This document shows positions 36,762 through 49,864 of a DNA stretch of 64,000 bases, one piece after another. The translations under genes were made by a program, and so were the position numbers. How positions within the stretch are numbered: the stretch's first letter is position 1; each line of letters opens with the position of its first letter. A model generated the notes under the pieces. It was not told where the DNA came from. It saw only the letters and a list, made by a program, of their open reading frames with translations, and did not search any database. The DNA comes from Octopus sinensis. Lineage: Eukaryota. The stretch spans positions 26,846,001 through 26,910,000 of the forward strand of contig NC_043015.1 in NCBI RefSeq assembly GCF_006345805.1, in the 5' to 3' direction.

Positions 36762-37223
36762 TGACAGCTGCTGATGATGATAATGGTTGTATCCGTCGCG
36801 TTGGTTTTGATAAGAATCTTGATGATAGTATTAAAGGTGGGTGGATAATTGTATCAAAATTTGTACTGATGGTGGTGACTTTGACAGTCATAAAATGGAC
36901 GTGGCAGCGCTGGTGGCGCTAAGGGTGGGGATCTGTTATTTTTTTCTTCTTACTCTCTCATCAATTAAGTCGTTTATTTAGTCAAATATTTCGTTTCCTT
37001 AGATATTAATTGAATACATTTCATATACCCCATCCTTTTACACCCACAAGCATAGATATATACATACATATGTGTGTGTGCATGTGCGTGTGTATTTATG
37101 GATGCATATATATTTACACACAAATAGACATGCACACATATAAATTTATATGATTAAATACAAATACATATACGCACACGCGCGCATATATTGTTATATA
37201 TCACGTGTATATGTATCGCACAG

Positions 37224-37254
<31 letters not shown>

Positions 37255-37466
37255 CACACACACACGTATATACGTATAAATATATATATATATATATACA
37301 TACATACATACATACATACATGCATACATACATACATATACACTTATATACTCACACATTTTCAACTTTTTAATTGGTTTTCTCTGCATTATTATCATTT
37401 TATTATTGTTATTATTATTATCATTATTGTCGTTGTTACTGTTATTGTATTTTCACAGCCATTTCG

Positions 37467-37509
<43 letters not shown>

Positions 37510-37516
37510 TATATGA

Positions 37517-37581
<65 letters not shown>

Positions 37582-37603
37582 ATAGGGAGAGAGATATATA
37601 TAT

Positions 37604-38791
37604 GGATCTTTTCATTTCCAAGGCCTGTTTTTTCAGATTTTTCCTACTTAACCAAACAATTTGAAACTTCGTATACTGGTAGAATGTGTCAAAAGAAAAC
37701 ATAATTGTAAACCAGAATGAAAACGGAATTGTAATTTCAAAGTTTAACGTTGTTTAATAATTAGAATTTTAACCAATGGTATTCGGTCTTTCGGCTTCAT
37801 ATTATTTACTCCGTCTCAATAGACGTAAACGGCTATTTTGCTGACGTATTTAACATACGTGAAATGTAAACACTCGGTTACCGTATTCCTTCAGTTTCTA
37901 TTCACATTTTTTAATATATTATTAACTAACTTATATATTAAACTTATATATTATATAACTAACTTAGTTTTTGTAAATTTTCGTATATTTTTTGTGATTT
38001 TTATTCCTTACTTTATTCGTGTAACTTTTATTTCTGTAACTTTTTATCTTTGGCAATCTTTCGTATGTGTGTGTATGTATGTGTGTGTGTGTGTATGCAT
38101 GTATGGCTGATTCAGTGTTTACATTATTTCGAGTTAAAACGAAAGATTACCTTTGCTATGTAGAAAATAATGAGGTTGACTCAATGGAATAATGACAGTG
38201 ATCGAAGATATAGACAAATTTTTTTTTGGTAATCTTTCGTTTTAACTCGAAATAATGTAAACACTGAATCGGCCATACATACATACACACACACACATAC
38301 ATACACACACATACATATACACACACACATACATAGATACATACACACACACATACATGCATACATACATATACACATACACCGAGTAAAAAATTTCAGT
38401 TATCTCTCTCTTTCACACATTACTCTCTCTGTCTCTTCACACACACTAACAGAAGTACTTCACTTACACAACATACTTTCTGTCTCCCACACCCCATCAA
38501 ACACACACACACGCACACAAAACACAGACCTACGCACAGCTGTCTACGTCACAAAATAGCTTTCTACGTCACACTAAGATAATGCAGTTAATTATTTCAA
38601 ATGAAAACAAACAATACGATTGTTTAAAATTCGCAGATTTAATCTACCCTTAAAGTTATAAAATACATTTTTCTCAAATAAACAAGTTGAAACTAGTGTT
38701 TTCTTTTGAGACACTCTACCAGTATACGAAGTTTCAAATTATTTAGTTAACTAGAAAAATCTGAGAAAACAGGCCTTGGAAATGAAAAGAT

Positions 38792-38793
<2 letters not shown>
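37604..38793. mobile_element. Non-autonomous foldback/MITE-like DNA transposon (diverged long inverted arms)
   Basis: Termini ggatcttttcatttccaaggcctgttt...gaaacttcgtatactggtaga and the reverse complement. Further inverted segments near 38100-38150 and 38230-38280. TA flanks. Confidence 0.8.
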
Positions 38794-38842
<49 letters not shown>

Positions 38843-38851
38843 TATGTGTTG

Positions 38852-38937
<86 letters not shown>

Positions 38938-39582
38938 TGTGTTTGCATGTATTTAAAATTACATATGCGTACATATAGTGTACATGATTGTTTTGTCTTC
39001 TACTTTGAGGGGTGGGAATAGAGAAAATGTGTAAGTATCTCGGTTAATTATTTCCACCTTCTTTTCAGCTGTTGATGAATATAGACGCTAGAAATAAAAA
39101 TACCTTTCACAACAAACAAATCACAATGTAGTGTTTCGGGGAGGGGAGAGAAAATCACTAACGGGTTACTTGCTAGCAATATATATTAAACATCAACTAT
39201 ATTCCCTGAAGCCTACTATAGCGAATATAGTATACAGTAAATAGTATTTACTTTATATTTATACAAGTACGTGTGTGTGTGGTGGGGATATATATATGTT
39301 TATGTAAATGTATTTATAAATGTGCATATTTATATATGTGTGGATATAAATATATATGCGCATATATATGCAGTATGTCTGTGTCTGTAAATGTACATTA
39401 AAAATGTGCGTACATATATATATGTCCGTGCGTGCTAGAGGATACTATATGTATGCATGTATGCATGTATGTATGTATACATGTATGCATATATATATGT
39501 ATGCGTGTGTGTAATTATAATACGTTTATGTAAATATGTGTATATATAGATGTACACACACAGAGACACACACTGACACTCA

Positions 39583-39672
<90 letters not shown>

Positions 39673-39944
39673 GCAGACTCATGGTTACAAGTACACTTTG
39701 TATAATATATAATGTTTACCTATTTATGTATCTGTTTGAATAATGAAAAGCAAAATTTTCAATTTATGCACTCTGGAATAGAGACGGATCGATAGAACAT
39801 TTTGTATCATCGAACTATGCCTGTAACCCAAGAGACTTAACTTGGGAAAGGCTCTAATCTCCCTAGCTACCAATAGGTACCACAAGACAAAATAATAACG
39901 TCTGTTCTAAGGCATAAAATATCTGGTTCCTCAGATATTTTGAA

Positions 39945-40380
39945 GTGAGTGTAGGCACGGCTGGATGTTTTGGCACTTCACTTTGCAACAACTTGGTTCC
40001 AGTTTCAATTGGACAGGATGGCATCCTGCACATTTGTTTAATCTCATTATTTTTTGCGAGCGAAGCGTTGTGAGATGAATATGGTCAAATGGGAGAAGGC
40101 ACCATAGAATGGTGTCTGTGTGCTCTCGAATGTTCGACTTAACCTTTTCCTGGTTTTGTACAAACAGCAAACACCTTATGGGAATTTTATGGCAGAGTAT
40201 GTAGTTGCAAATTTTCAGCTTTAGCCTTGCATCCGTTAGAATTTTCTTCAATTGCCCCCAGCAGTTCCTGACAATCACTGTCACCATTTCCCATCTTCGC
40301 TTCATCAGTCGTTTGGTAAAGGTCTCTCATCATGAGCTCTAGAAATCGCAAAGCAACCATCGCTGATTCTCTTGTCATCT
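39945..40380 (-). mobile_element. Probable piggyBac-like transposase C-terminal remnant
   Basis: Cys-rich tail KCAGCHP..CCKVKCQNIQPCLH resembles the piggyBac C-terminal domain. Stops and frameshifts present. Confidence 0.4.
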
Positions 40381-41598
40381 TTTGCGTTCTGTTGTCTTTT
40401 TTTCTTTTGCTTATACTTTGAGCCCAAGGAGGTCCGAATGTATTAAACCCCTTGAGAAGTGCGAGGGCTACTACACCTGCTTGAAAACATTCCTGTCTGG
40501 CCTTATCGTAATTACATCATTTCCATTTTTGTCACAACTTTACTTTCTATTTATCCAAAACTTCTATTTGCCAATCAATAAATTAACCAAATTCTTCTAT
40601 CATCCTTCTTGCTATTTACCTTTCCTTAATACACTGTGTAGCACTTTCTATACTAATTAAAACTACCCTAATTACAGTCCTCAGTTTAACATACATCAAC
40701 AAACTTGCCTCAGATGCACCACCTTGTTTTATATTCGACCTTCTTTCAATTATGTATTCCTCTTCAATTTATACCTTAATTTTCCTCCCTCAATATATTT
40801 CTTTTCGTACATATAACATTACATTATCTCCTTACATTACGTCTATCAACTTTAACTTTATCAACCTGATTATTTATGTAACTGTTTTCATGCCTATATC
40901 TATATTTCATATTCATATCTATTTCATATTTTCTCTATATCTTTAAATCTTTCTAATAATTAATGTTCAGATTTCAATTTAATTCTTCGACCTAAAACTT
41001 CTTAATTTCCAATGTAGGGGATTCATTTTACTTTATCGGTACTTCTCGTATATTTTGGTCTTCTCGTTACTTAAATTTTTTCTTCAAATTTCCAATTCTC
41101 TTCAAGTCACCACTTCTTGGATCACGACTTCTACAAGGCGGTAATTATTCCCTTCTTAGCTAACGCTTAATTACTTTCCCTTAATTACGAATTAAATGCT
41201 ATGTTTAATCCTAGTTCTTTAGGCATACTAATTAATACTGAGGTTTAATTTTTTTTTGTTGCCTGGTCTGTAATTTTATTTAACTTTATACATTTTTATA
41301 TCTAATAATTAATTGTATAATTATTCCTCACCAAAACACATATTTAGTTGTTTAAAGACATTATAACAAACATTCTTATCATTTTCAGACAACCATAATA
41401 TTTTTATGCTTCAAACATTTATCTGTTAATTAATCTACTCTTATGCATTTTCATTTACACTTCCATACTTTTTACACTTACAAATGTGGACGGCTAAATA
41501 TTTTTTCACTAATTGCTTATTTAGAAGATAAAAGTACTTTTTCATTAACATGCAAGTATCATCAACAGTGAGAATGGTTACCTTCCATTAGGAATTTA

Positions 41599-42404
41599 GA
41601 TCTTTTCGGTTTGAACGGCAGTTTTTAACATAATTTCTAGGAAACTAAAAAAATTTAAACTTGGTATACTGGTAGAATGTGTTTATAAGAGATCTTTTTC
41701 TCTTGGCTTTCTTGAGAAATTTCTGTAGTTTGTAACATATTTCGTCTTTAATTTCTTGCATTTCGGCAATTTTAACCAATCACTGACGTACATTTAGGTA
41801 AACAACATTCTGTGCCATATGAATATGTCCCTCGTTTAAGAAACAGATTGGGTTTATTTACATTTGTGAAGAAAAAAAGATACCCTTCCCCCACCCCTAG
41901 TCCTAACCCTAACCCTAAATCTAAAATAGATTGGAATGCAATAGATCGATACTAAGGTCATAATTATGGGTGAAGATTTCATATGACACCGTTAGAGAAA
42001 ATGGCAGTTTTTTCTAGCGGTGTCATATGAAATTGTCACCCATAATTATGACCATAGAATCGATCTATTGCATTTCAATCTATTTTAGATTTAGGGTTAG
42101 TTAGGGTTAGGGTTAGGGTTAGGACTAGGGGTATTTTTTTCTTCACAAATGTAAATAAACCCAATCTGTTTCTTAAAGGAGGGACATATTCATACGGCAC
42201 AGAATGCTTTCAACTCAATTGACGGTCAGTGATTGGTTAAAATTGCCGAAATGCAAGAAATTAAAGACGAAATATGTTACAAACTATAGAATTTTCTCAA
42301 GAAAGCCAACAGAAAAAAGATCTTTTATAAACACATTCTACCAGTATACGAAGTTTATCTAGAAAAAATTATGTTAAAAACTGCCGTTCAAACCGAAAAG
42401 ATCC
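41599..42404. mobile_element. ~806-bp foldback element (~400-bp inverted arms) containing (TTAGGG)n
   Basis: Termini gatcttttcggtttgaacggcag / ctgccgttcaaaccgaaaagatcc. Direct repeat ggaattta at 41591-41598 and 42405-42412. Telomeric motif at ~41895-41918 and ~42091-42130. Confidence 0.9.
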
Positions 42405-42746
42405 GGAATTTATTTTAGAGATATTGTTGCATTTGCTCATATCACCTCAGATGTTTAATACGACAACATACTCTAACGGTTTTTTTCCCAAAACTATTCC
42501 TTCCTCCATTTTATTTCTATTTTATCCAGTTTGAGTTACAAATCGTTCTCCAGCTACGAATTATTTTTGTCTTCTTTAATATTTTTTGTCTAACTCTTCC
42601 CCACGTTTCGCCTCAATTTTCACTCCAAACAGCCCCATTGCAATATCCAGTATTCATTAATATGTGTGTGTGCGCACGTGTGTGTGTGCGCACGTGTGTG
42701 TGTGTGTGTGTTCATGTATGCGTGTGCGTGTGTGTGTGTTCATGTA

Positions 42747-42798
<52 letters not shown>

Positions 42799-43419
42799 TA
42801 TTCTCTTGTGTTTTCAATTATTCAAATTCTTCCTCAGAGGAACGAGCTGGTTTCTAACAACGGCCCAAAGCTGTTTTAAGAATGTAAATAAGAAAAACAA
42901 ATCCACATTTTCACCTTGAGAAACGTCTTGTATGTTTTAACAATACCTCTTACTAATTGTAATTGTAATTTGCGAGTCAGTTGGCTGATTTCTCTTTTTG
43001 TGAAAATCCAAGCTTTTACAAATTGTCGCTTAGACATTAACTGACAGAACAATGTACACCAATTATTATAGGTATAGATGTAAATGTATAACTTATGCAT
43101 CGAAGCTATAGGTTTCCAAGCAGCTATCCATAGTTACCCCCTTTGATTTTTGAAGAGACATTCATATCAGCAGGACAGCTGATATCCATGAAAGTACATT
43201 CTGTGTTTTGTTTGCCTCAAGCAACATTACCCCACTTGTTAATTTTACATTTGACCAAAGTAGTGATGGGATGTGGATATATTCAATAACAGAGGGGTTC
43301 TCTATAATTATTTCAGAACAGTCTTTTCTCCGAATGGTATTGCTTATTGTTCTAAATACAATGTCGTATCATGTGTGTATGCATATATGTCTGTCTGTCT
43401 GTATGTATATGTACACATT

Positions 43420-43493
<74 letters not shown>

Positions 43494-44209
43494 AAGAATA
43501 TGAGGGGTTTAAATTCTTCTAGAGATCCAAATGCAAACAAAATCAACGCGCACATCCACGGTCGTTACAATATATATATACATATATATGTGTGTGTGTG
43601 TGTGTGTGTGTACGCTCTACCCTTTTCCCCTTACCTCTCTATCAACGTAAGTATATCTTAGAAACTAGCGAATTTCTTATAGTCCTTTAAGATTTTAGTT
43701 TTCTTAGTTTGTAATTTTAAGGTTAGGCTTTAAATTTTAATTTTTAATTTTAATTTTTAATTTTAGGTTTAATTCGTAATCCTTTGTCTCATATCATTTA
43801 ATGGTTATGAAGCTTGAAATGCAATTTTAAATATTTGCACTAAACTATTGTCCTGACAACCTCACCTAGATTGGCCTTCCACCCGCGACTCTGCTGAAAC
43901 TTTAACGTTTAACCTCTAACTCACATACAATACTAACATATCTATATCGGTACCTTTACTTTTATTTATTTATTTTCAACTTCTTTATCCTGTTACCTCT
44001 ATCCTATTTTATTTTTATTCCCTTTCTCCTCTCTCCCTTACACATTCACTCACAAAACCAACTTAGGATATACGTGTCATTACCTTTTCTTTTCTTTTAT
44101 TATTTTTATCTTTATTATTTTTATTTATATTTTCAATTTTTATTTCATTCTTATTTTTCCATTTTACCACTATTTTATTTTTTAATCCTTTCTCCTATCT
44201 CTATTTCTT

Positions 44210-44256
44210 CTCTCTCTCTCTCTCTCACTCTCTCTCTCTTCTCTCTCTCTCTCTCA

Positions 44257-44287
<31 letters not shown>

Positions 44288-44288
44288 A

Positions 44289-44319
<31 letters not shown>

Positions 44320-44380
44320 ACTCTCTCTCTCTTTCTCTCTCTCTCTCTCACTCTCTCTCTCTTTCTCTCTCTCTCTCTCA

Positions 44381-44417
<37 letters not shown>

Positions 44418-44420
44418 CCA
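44210..44420. repeat. (CT)n-rich microsatellite with higher-order periodicity
   Basis: Seen directly. Confidence 0.9.
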
Positions 44421-44739
44421 TATGCTCACTCACAAAACCCATTTATATCCATTCTACTTTCTCGCTCTATATCACATTCAGAATACTGTAAAAATATTGC
44501 CTGAATTTATTTACCTGAGATTTTAACTAAAAACTTGTACTTTATGGAAGTACCAACCAACATATATATCGCCTGGTAAAAGATGAGTTGTGAACATTAT
44601 ACTCCTGCCTATATTCTTCTTACTACTTTCACTCTTTATTTCTGTTTTACTACTTTATTCTTCTGTTTTATTCCTTATAAACTGTGAATTTTATTCCCTG
44701 TAAACTGTAAATTTTCCCGGTCAAAAATATTCATACCTT

Positions 44740-44815
44740 GTCTCTGATAAAGGAATACCCAGTGCATGGACATGCTAACCAACCACTTGGGTTATTCCAG
44801 TAACAGCTGTAAGAC
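44740..44815 (+). ncRNA. Degenerate type I hammerhead motif
   Basis: GTCT-CTGATAA-aggaatacccagtg..cacttgggttattcca-GTAAC-agct-GTA-AGAC: helices I-III present, two core substitutions. Confidence 0.5.
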
Positions 44816-44991
44816 TTCAAATTCACTTTGCCCAAAATAAATTATTCTAAATGACTTGAGATATTCGTTCTGCTATGGTTTTGATTTTGCCTGTAATATA
44901 AATATATATATATGTATATAATAGAAATATTAAAATTACTAAGTCTCTTTAAAAGAGATTACGACAGCGTTTCTGGAAATTAATAGTTATC

Positions 44992-45280
44992 GCCATACTA
45001 ATATGGCATTCTTAAAAATAAGAATAAAGCTGTCGCTGATTAGCTCCATGAAGCCATCGCCTCAAGCTAGCTACTTGACACACAAACTGCGTCCGTTATT
45101 AAACCTTCGAACAGGGGAGGTCAGCCGCTCCAACCTGCTAGTCCGACAGCTACAGACATGCTTCAGGGTTGTTGCCCCTTCTCAATGCAGCGTAGTCAGA
45201 CCTGCAGGTGTCGCTACTGACCGTCTCCGTTCGAAGATTTTATTTACCTAGTTACGGTGGAATACATCCACTTGTTTTCA
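44992..45280. mobile_element. Unclassified GC-richer insertion flanked by a 74-bp exact direct repeat
   Basis: ataatagaaatatt...aattaatagttatc at 44918-44991 and 45281-45354. Confidence 0.7.
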
Positions 45281-45590
45281 ATAATAGAAATATTAAAATT
45301 ACTAAGTCTCTTTAAAAGAGATTACGACAGCGTTTCTGGAAATTAATAGTTATCTTATGTATATAGTAGAAATATGTTACAAAAAGAAAATATCAAATAC
45401 ATGTGGAAATGTAAGGGGAAAGTAAGAAAAATCAACGAAAATGCACATTGTAAATAAAAAAAGAAAAGGCTTTTTATGAAAGATAACGACAGATATATAC
45501 ATTTAGATGGACTGAGGTAGTAATAAAAGTCATAAAAGTCAATGATTAGAAAGTCAGAAAACAAAGCAACCATATATATATGTATATATG

Positions 45591-45870
45591 TGGAGGGCAA
45601 CGGACTCGAGGACGTAGATTCGCGGTTTCGATTCCCAGACCGAGCGTTGTGAGTGTTTATTGAGCGAAAACACCTAAAAGCTCCACGAAGCTCCGGCATG
45701 GGGTGGTGGCGATCCCTGCTGTACTCTTTCACCACAACTTTCTCTAACTCTTTCTTCTGTTGGCCTGCTCGCTTAGCCAGCGGGGTGGCGTCATTTGAAG
45801 GCTAAAACAATGCGAAGCGCATTGTGACCGGCGATGCGTAGCAACATCTGATAGCCTGGTCGGTGACGGT
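45591..45870 (+). mobile_element. tRNA-derived SINE of a third family
   Basis: B-box-like gcggtttcgattccc near the 5' end; GC-rich body between TA tracts. Confidence 0.6.
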
Positions 45871-46319
45871 GACGGTGATATGTATATATATATATATATT
45901 ATATATATATATATATAATATATATATATATATATACATATATATATGTATTTACATATATCTAAACATAACTAGAAATTTGCTTTATAATTTTATATAT
46001 ATATATAAAATCATATACACAATATTATGCATGTGTACACACTCACAAATACATACATACAAACAAGCCGTCTATAAACAATTATTTTACCTGATACATA
46101 TTTAAATCAACTACTTTACTTGCATTTTAAACTAAATCAAACAATTTTATTACCACTTTAAAAATGTAACAGATTTATGGTCGTATTCCCTATACAGACA
46201 AATTCAAAATGGTGGTCCTCACTTGACAGTAAACATCTAACAACCACTCGCTCATAGCCAGACACCGTTTATACTCCAGGATATTTTTGGAATTACACAT
46301 AATCATTTAATGTGTTGTA

Positions 46320-46430
46320 GACATATTGTCGCTCAACTGCGGCCATGCTGGGGCACGGTCTTTGATGGAGTTTTTTGTGATTATAGCCACGAACTATTTA
46401 TTCTCTGTCTGGTACTTATTTTCATAAATT
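46320..46430 (-). mobile_element. SINE 3'-part remnant
   Basis: ctgcggccatgctgg..ctggtacttattt matches the SINE tail. Confidence 0.5.
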
Positions 46431-46446
46431 TATACATACACACACA

Positions 46447-46482
<36 letters not shown>

Positions 46483-46629
46483 TAGAAATTCTCACGCACG
46501 GGCATTTATTCTAGGTATATGGATGTATACATGTAATTATATATAGATATATATATATATATATACATAGGTGTGTATATGTGAGTGTGTGTGTATACAC
46601 ATACATACGTATATTCAATACATGTAAAC

Positions 46630-46670
<41 letters not shown>

Positions 46671-47084
46671 TTTATAAATATTTAGATATGTGAGTATATG
46701 CGCGCACGCACACACGTGTGTTTGAGTGTGTCTGTCTGTCTGTCTGTGTATATGTGTGTGTGTAAATACACACACACACACAGAAGCACGCAAAATTAAT
46801 TGCCTATATATTACACACCTTAAAGTCCAAGTGAGATTTAATTATCATAATAGAAACACAAAATAGCAAAATACAACAATGCAAACACATAAAAAAATAC
46901 AAAAACTAAAAATACAGACATAAAACAAAAGCAAAAACTTGAATAAATCAGAAAAGGAATTTTTAAACAGATCGAACTATTTATATATTCAATCAAATAG
47001 AAGTATATTTGTGAATATTGAACAGTTAAACAGTTGTACAAAAGCAATGATTACACCTGTCTGTTGTTACCTCGCCTCTACTGG

Positions 47085-47445
47085 CTGGTTGGTTGGTTGG
47101 GTGGGTGGATTTTTCTGGATGGCTGGTTTGATGGATGGATGGACGAACGGACGGACGGACGGACGGGTGGATGGATGGATGATTGGATGGATGGATGGGT
47201 GGGTGGGTGATTGGATGGATAGATAGATGGACGGACGGGTGGATGGATGGATGTTTGGATGGATGGATGGACGGACGGGTGGATTGATTGTTCGATGGAT
47301 GGATGTATGGATGGATGGATGGTTGGATGAATGGATGGATGACAGGCTGACTGGCTGGCTGCTGGCTGGCTGGATGGATGGATGGATGGATGGATGGATG
47401 GATGGATGGATGGACGGTTGGATGGATGGATCGGTAGGTGAACTG
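47085..47445. repeat. Degenerate (TGGA)n tetranucleotide repeat
   Basis: Seen directly. Confidence 0.92.
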
Positions 47446-48494
47446 ATGGAAGGGTGGGTTATGGTTTTGTTACATAGTTTGTAAATGCTTTAGTTCGGTT
47501 GAAAGAAACGTGAGCTCTGTCTTTGAGAGATACTCAGCCACAGATGGGAGTAGCATGTTTAATGTTTCTTGTTTGTTTTTTGAAGATCTGCAACTTGAAT
47601 CGGGTCAGACCCAATTGAGTCAGCATTAATGGTAGAGAATTCAGACAATAACTATTCTTGGTTTCCCGTCAGGATATTGTCGGACGCGTTATCACCACCG
47701 CCATCATCTGCATCTTCACCATCTTCGTCATCGTCGTCGTCGCGATAAACGTCATCATCATCACCGCCACCGCCGCCATGAATACTGTAAGAAGCAAGCA
47801 ACCATCATCAGTAGCAGCAAACCCTCTCAATATTATCAAACCTTGTTTTGTTGTGGAAAGAAATTATTCTAATTTAAATATATTGCTGCTACCATGATTT
47901 CTCTCTGCTAATACAACTGGTCGTGGTGTTGCTAACCTTATTGTTGTTGTTGTTATTTTTGTTGCTATTGCTTTTGTTGTTGTTGTTGTCATCGTCGTTG
48001 TTGTTGTTGCTGACGACGACGATGAGGTGGAGGTTCGTGGCACTGCTACTGATGTTGTTTTTAATACACATTTCGCCCTTCTGTTGTATATTTTCTCTCA
48101 TTAATTGCTTTCTTTCAGTTATGCGACAAAATATTGAACGAAGCCAAGAAATAGGTTTTGTATCATTTTTATTCCTATTGCATTTTTGTTTTGGTTTTAT
48201 CTTTTTTTATTGCTTGGATTCTTTTCGTCTCTAAAATGGTTATATGATAAATGGAAGCAATGCCAAACCTGTCCATCTGCATTACATGACAACATTTGCA
48301 ATTGAGCAACATCGTCCTACCTTTTCTTTTTCATTTCGGTTTCGTTTCCGCTTTTCCTCGACAATTTTTAACATTCAGGAATTATGCAAATATTCGCCGT
48401 TTCAGTTTTTGCATTTTCGATTGTCTTCACACTTTTAACAGAAAATTCAAATATATTTGTTTGAAACCAAATTATTGTTGCCATTAGTGTTATC

Positions 48495-48647
48495 GTTGCT
48501 GCTGCTGCTGCTTCTGCTGCTGCTGATGCTTCTGCTGCTGCTGCTGCTTCTGCTGCTGCTGATGCTTCTGCTGCTGCTGATGCTTCTGCTGCTGCTGATG
48601 CTTCTGCTGCTGCTGATGCTTCTGCTGCTGCTGATGCTTCTGCTGCT

Positions 48648-48678
<31 letters not shown>

Positions 48679-48695
48679 TTGTTGTTGTTGTTGTT
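48495..48695. repeat. (GCT)n-derived minisatellite with an 18-bp unit (gatgcttctgctgctgct)
   Basis: Seen directly. Confidence 0.9.
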
Positions 48696-49864
48696 GGAAT
48701 GCTTGGAGAGGAACACATCGAACATAGTCTTAGCTTAAGGTTAATTACTAGATTTTCCGGCGTATAAGACACCTAAATTTTACGCATATATTTTGTAGAA
48801 AATACAAATTTATTGTGTTTCATTTTACACTTACTGAAAGATATTTTTAAATAATTTTTTAGGATAAAAATGTAGGACTGTAAGCAAATAAATAGAATAT
48901 TGTGACAATATTTAGAAGTAAATTATGAAGCTATAAATTTATCATTGTGGGAGTAACCATATTTCAACCTCATATTTTTTGAGTCCAACTGCATAATTGT
49001 TAGCATTTTGGACAAGAGAGTAGCCATACAGGAAGTAAAACTCGTATTTCTGGTTGCAATCATCAGGGTGGTTTACCATTGCTATGGTTTTGTTGTCGTC
49101 CACTCATTTCAAATAGCTGACAAATGGATGAAAGTTTGTTAACATTCCTTTCATACTTCTTGGTGAATTTTTGATCTAGACAATAAATTTTTTTTTCTTG
49201 AACCTAACAATTTCGTTAAATAATGTAAGGTGTAAGTTAATATGCTGAGGAAAGTAGTATAACAAGATGATGTGACCTCTCCTCATAACTGCTCATGTAC
49301 TATAAGTAACTTTGCTTACAGTACATGACTTGTCTTCAATATTCTACTATTCCTAACAATTATCATTCCAATCAGATTTATATTCCTCTAGTTCCCTACT
49401 CAACAACAGTTGGCTTCCCATTTGCAATACAGCTGCAGTAGACAAAGAGGAATCATTTGATACATTTCAAAATACAAAAAGCACATCTAATATGCTGGCA
49501 AATATGATAATCTCTTGTCTGCGGATTTCTTTAGACGGAAACAGGCATAGAGTGAGAGGGACCGATCTGCAAAACGGGTGAAAGAAATAATCATGGAAAA
49601 CTGCTCAGACATCTCCAACTGTCTGAAAGATATTTTTTAGAATTCTTTAAACGCACCAATTGTGGATTTAAACAAACTGCAGCCATTTCGTTGGGTTAAT
49701 AGAAAAAGAAAGTGAAAGTTGTCAACAGTTATGGGCAGATGGTTGCACCGGCCGCAAATTTTCGGTATGCACAGCTAACATATACAAGTACAATAAACAG
49801 ACTCTTGGCATTTGAAAAGCAAATGAATCTTTCTCCTAATTGAAATATTTTAAAGATTGGAATT

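Noticed and set aside
43060-43350. Possible Tc1-like transposase remnant
   Set aside because: Only a YQQD-like fragment is visible; too degraded to call.
48368-48772. ORF with AEASAA repeats (antifreeze- or mucin-like appearance)
   Set aside because: It is a translation of a GCT-derived minisatellite; the flanks have no coding character.
48960-49800. Possible DNA-transposon coding remnants
   Set aside because: No diagnostic motif in any frame I could read.
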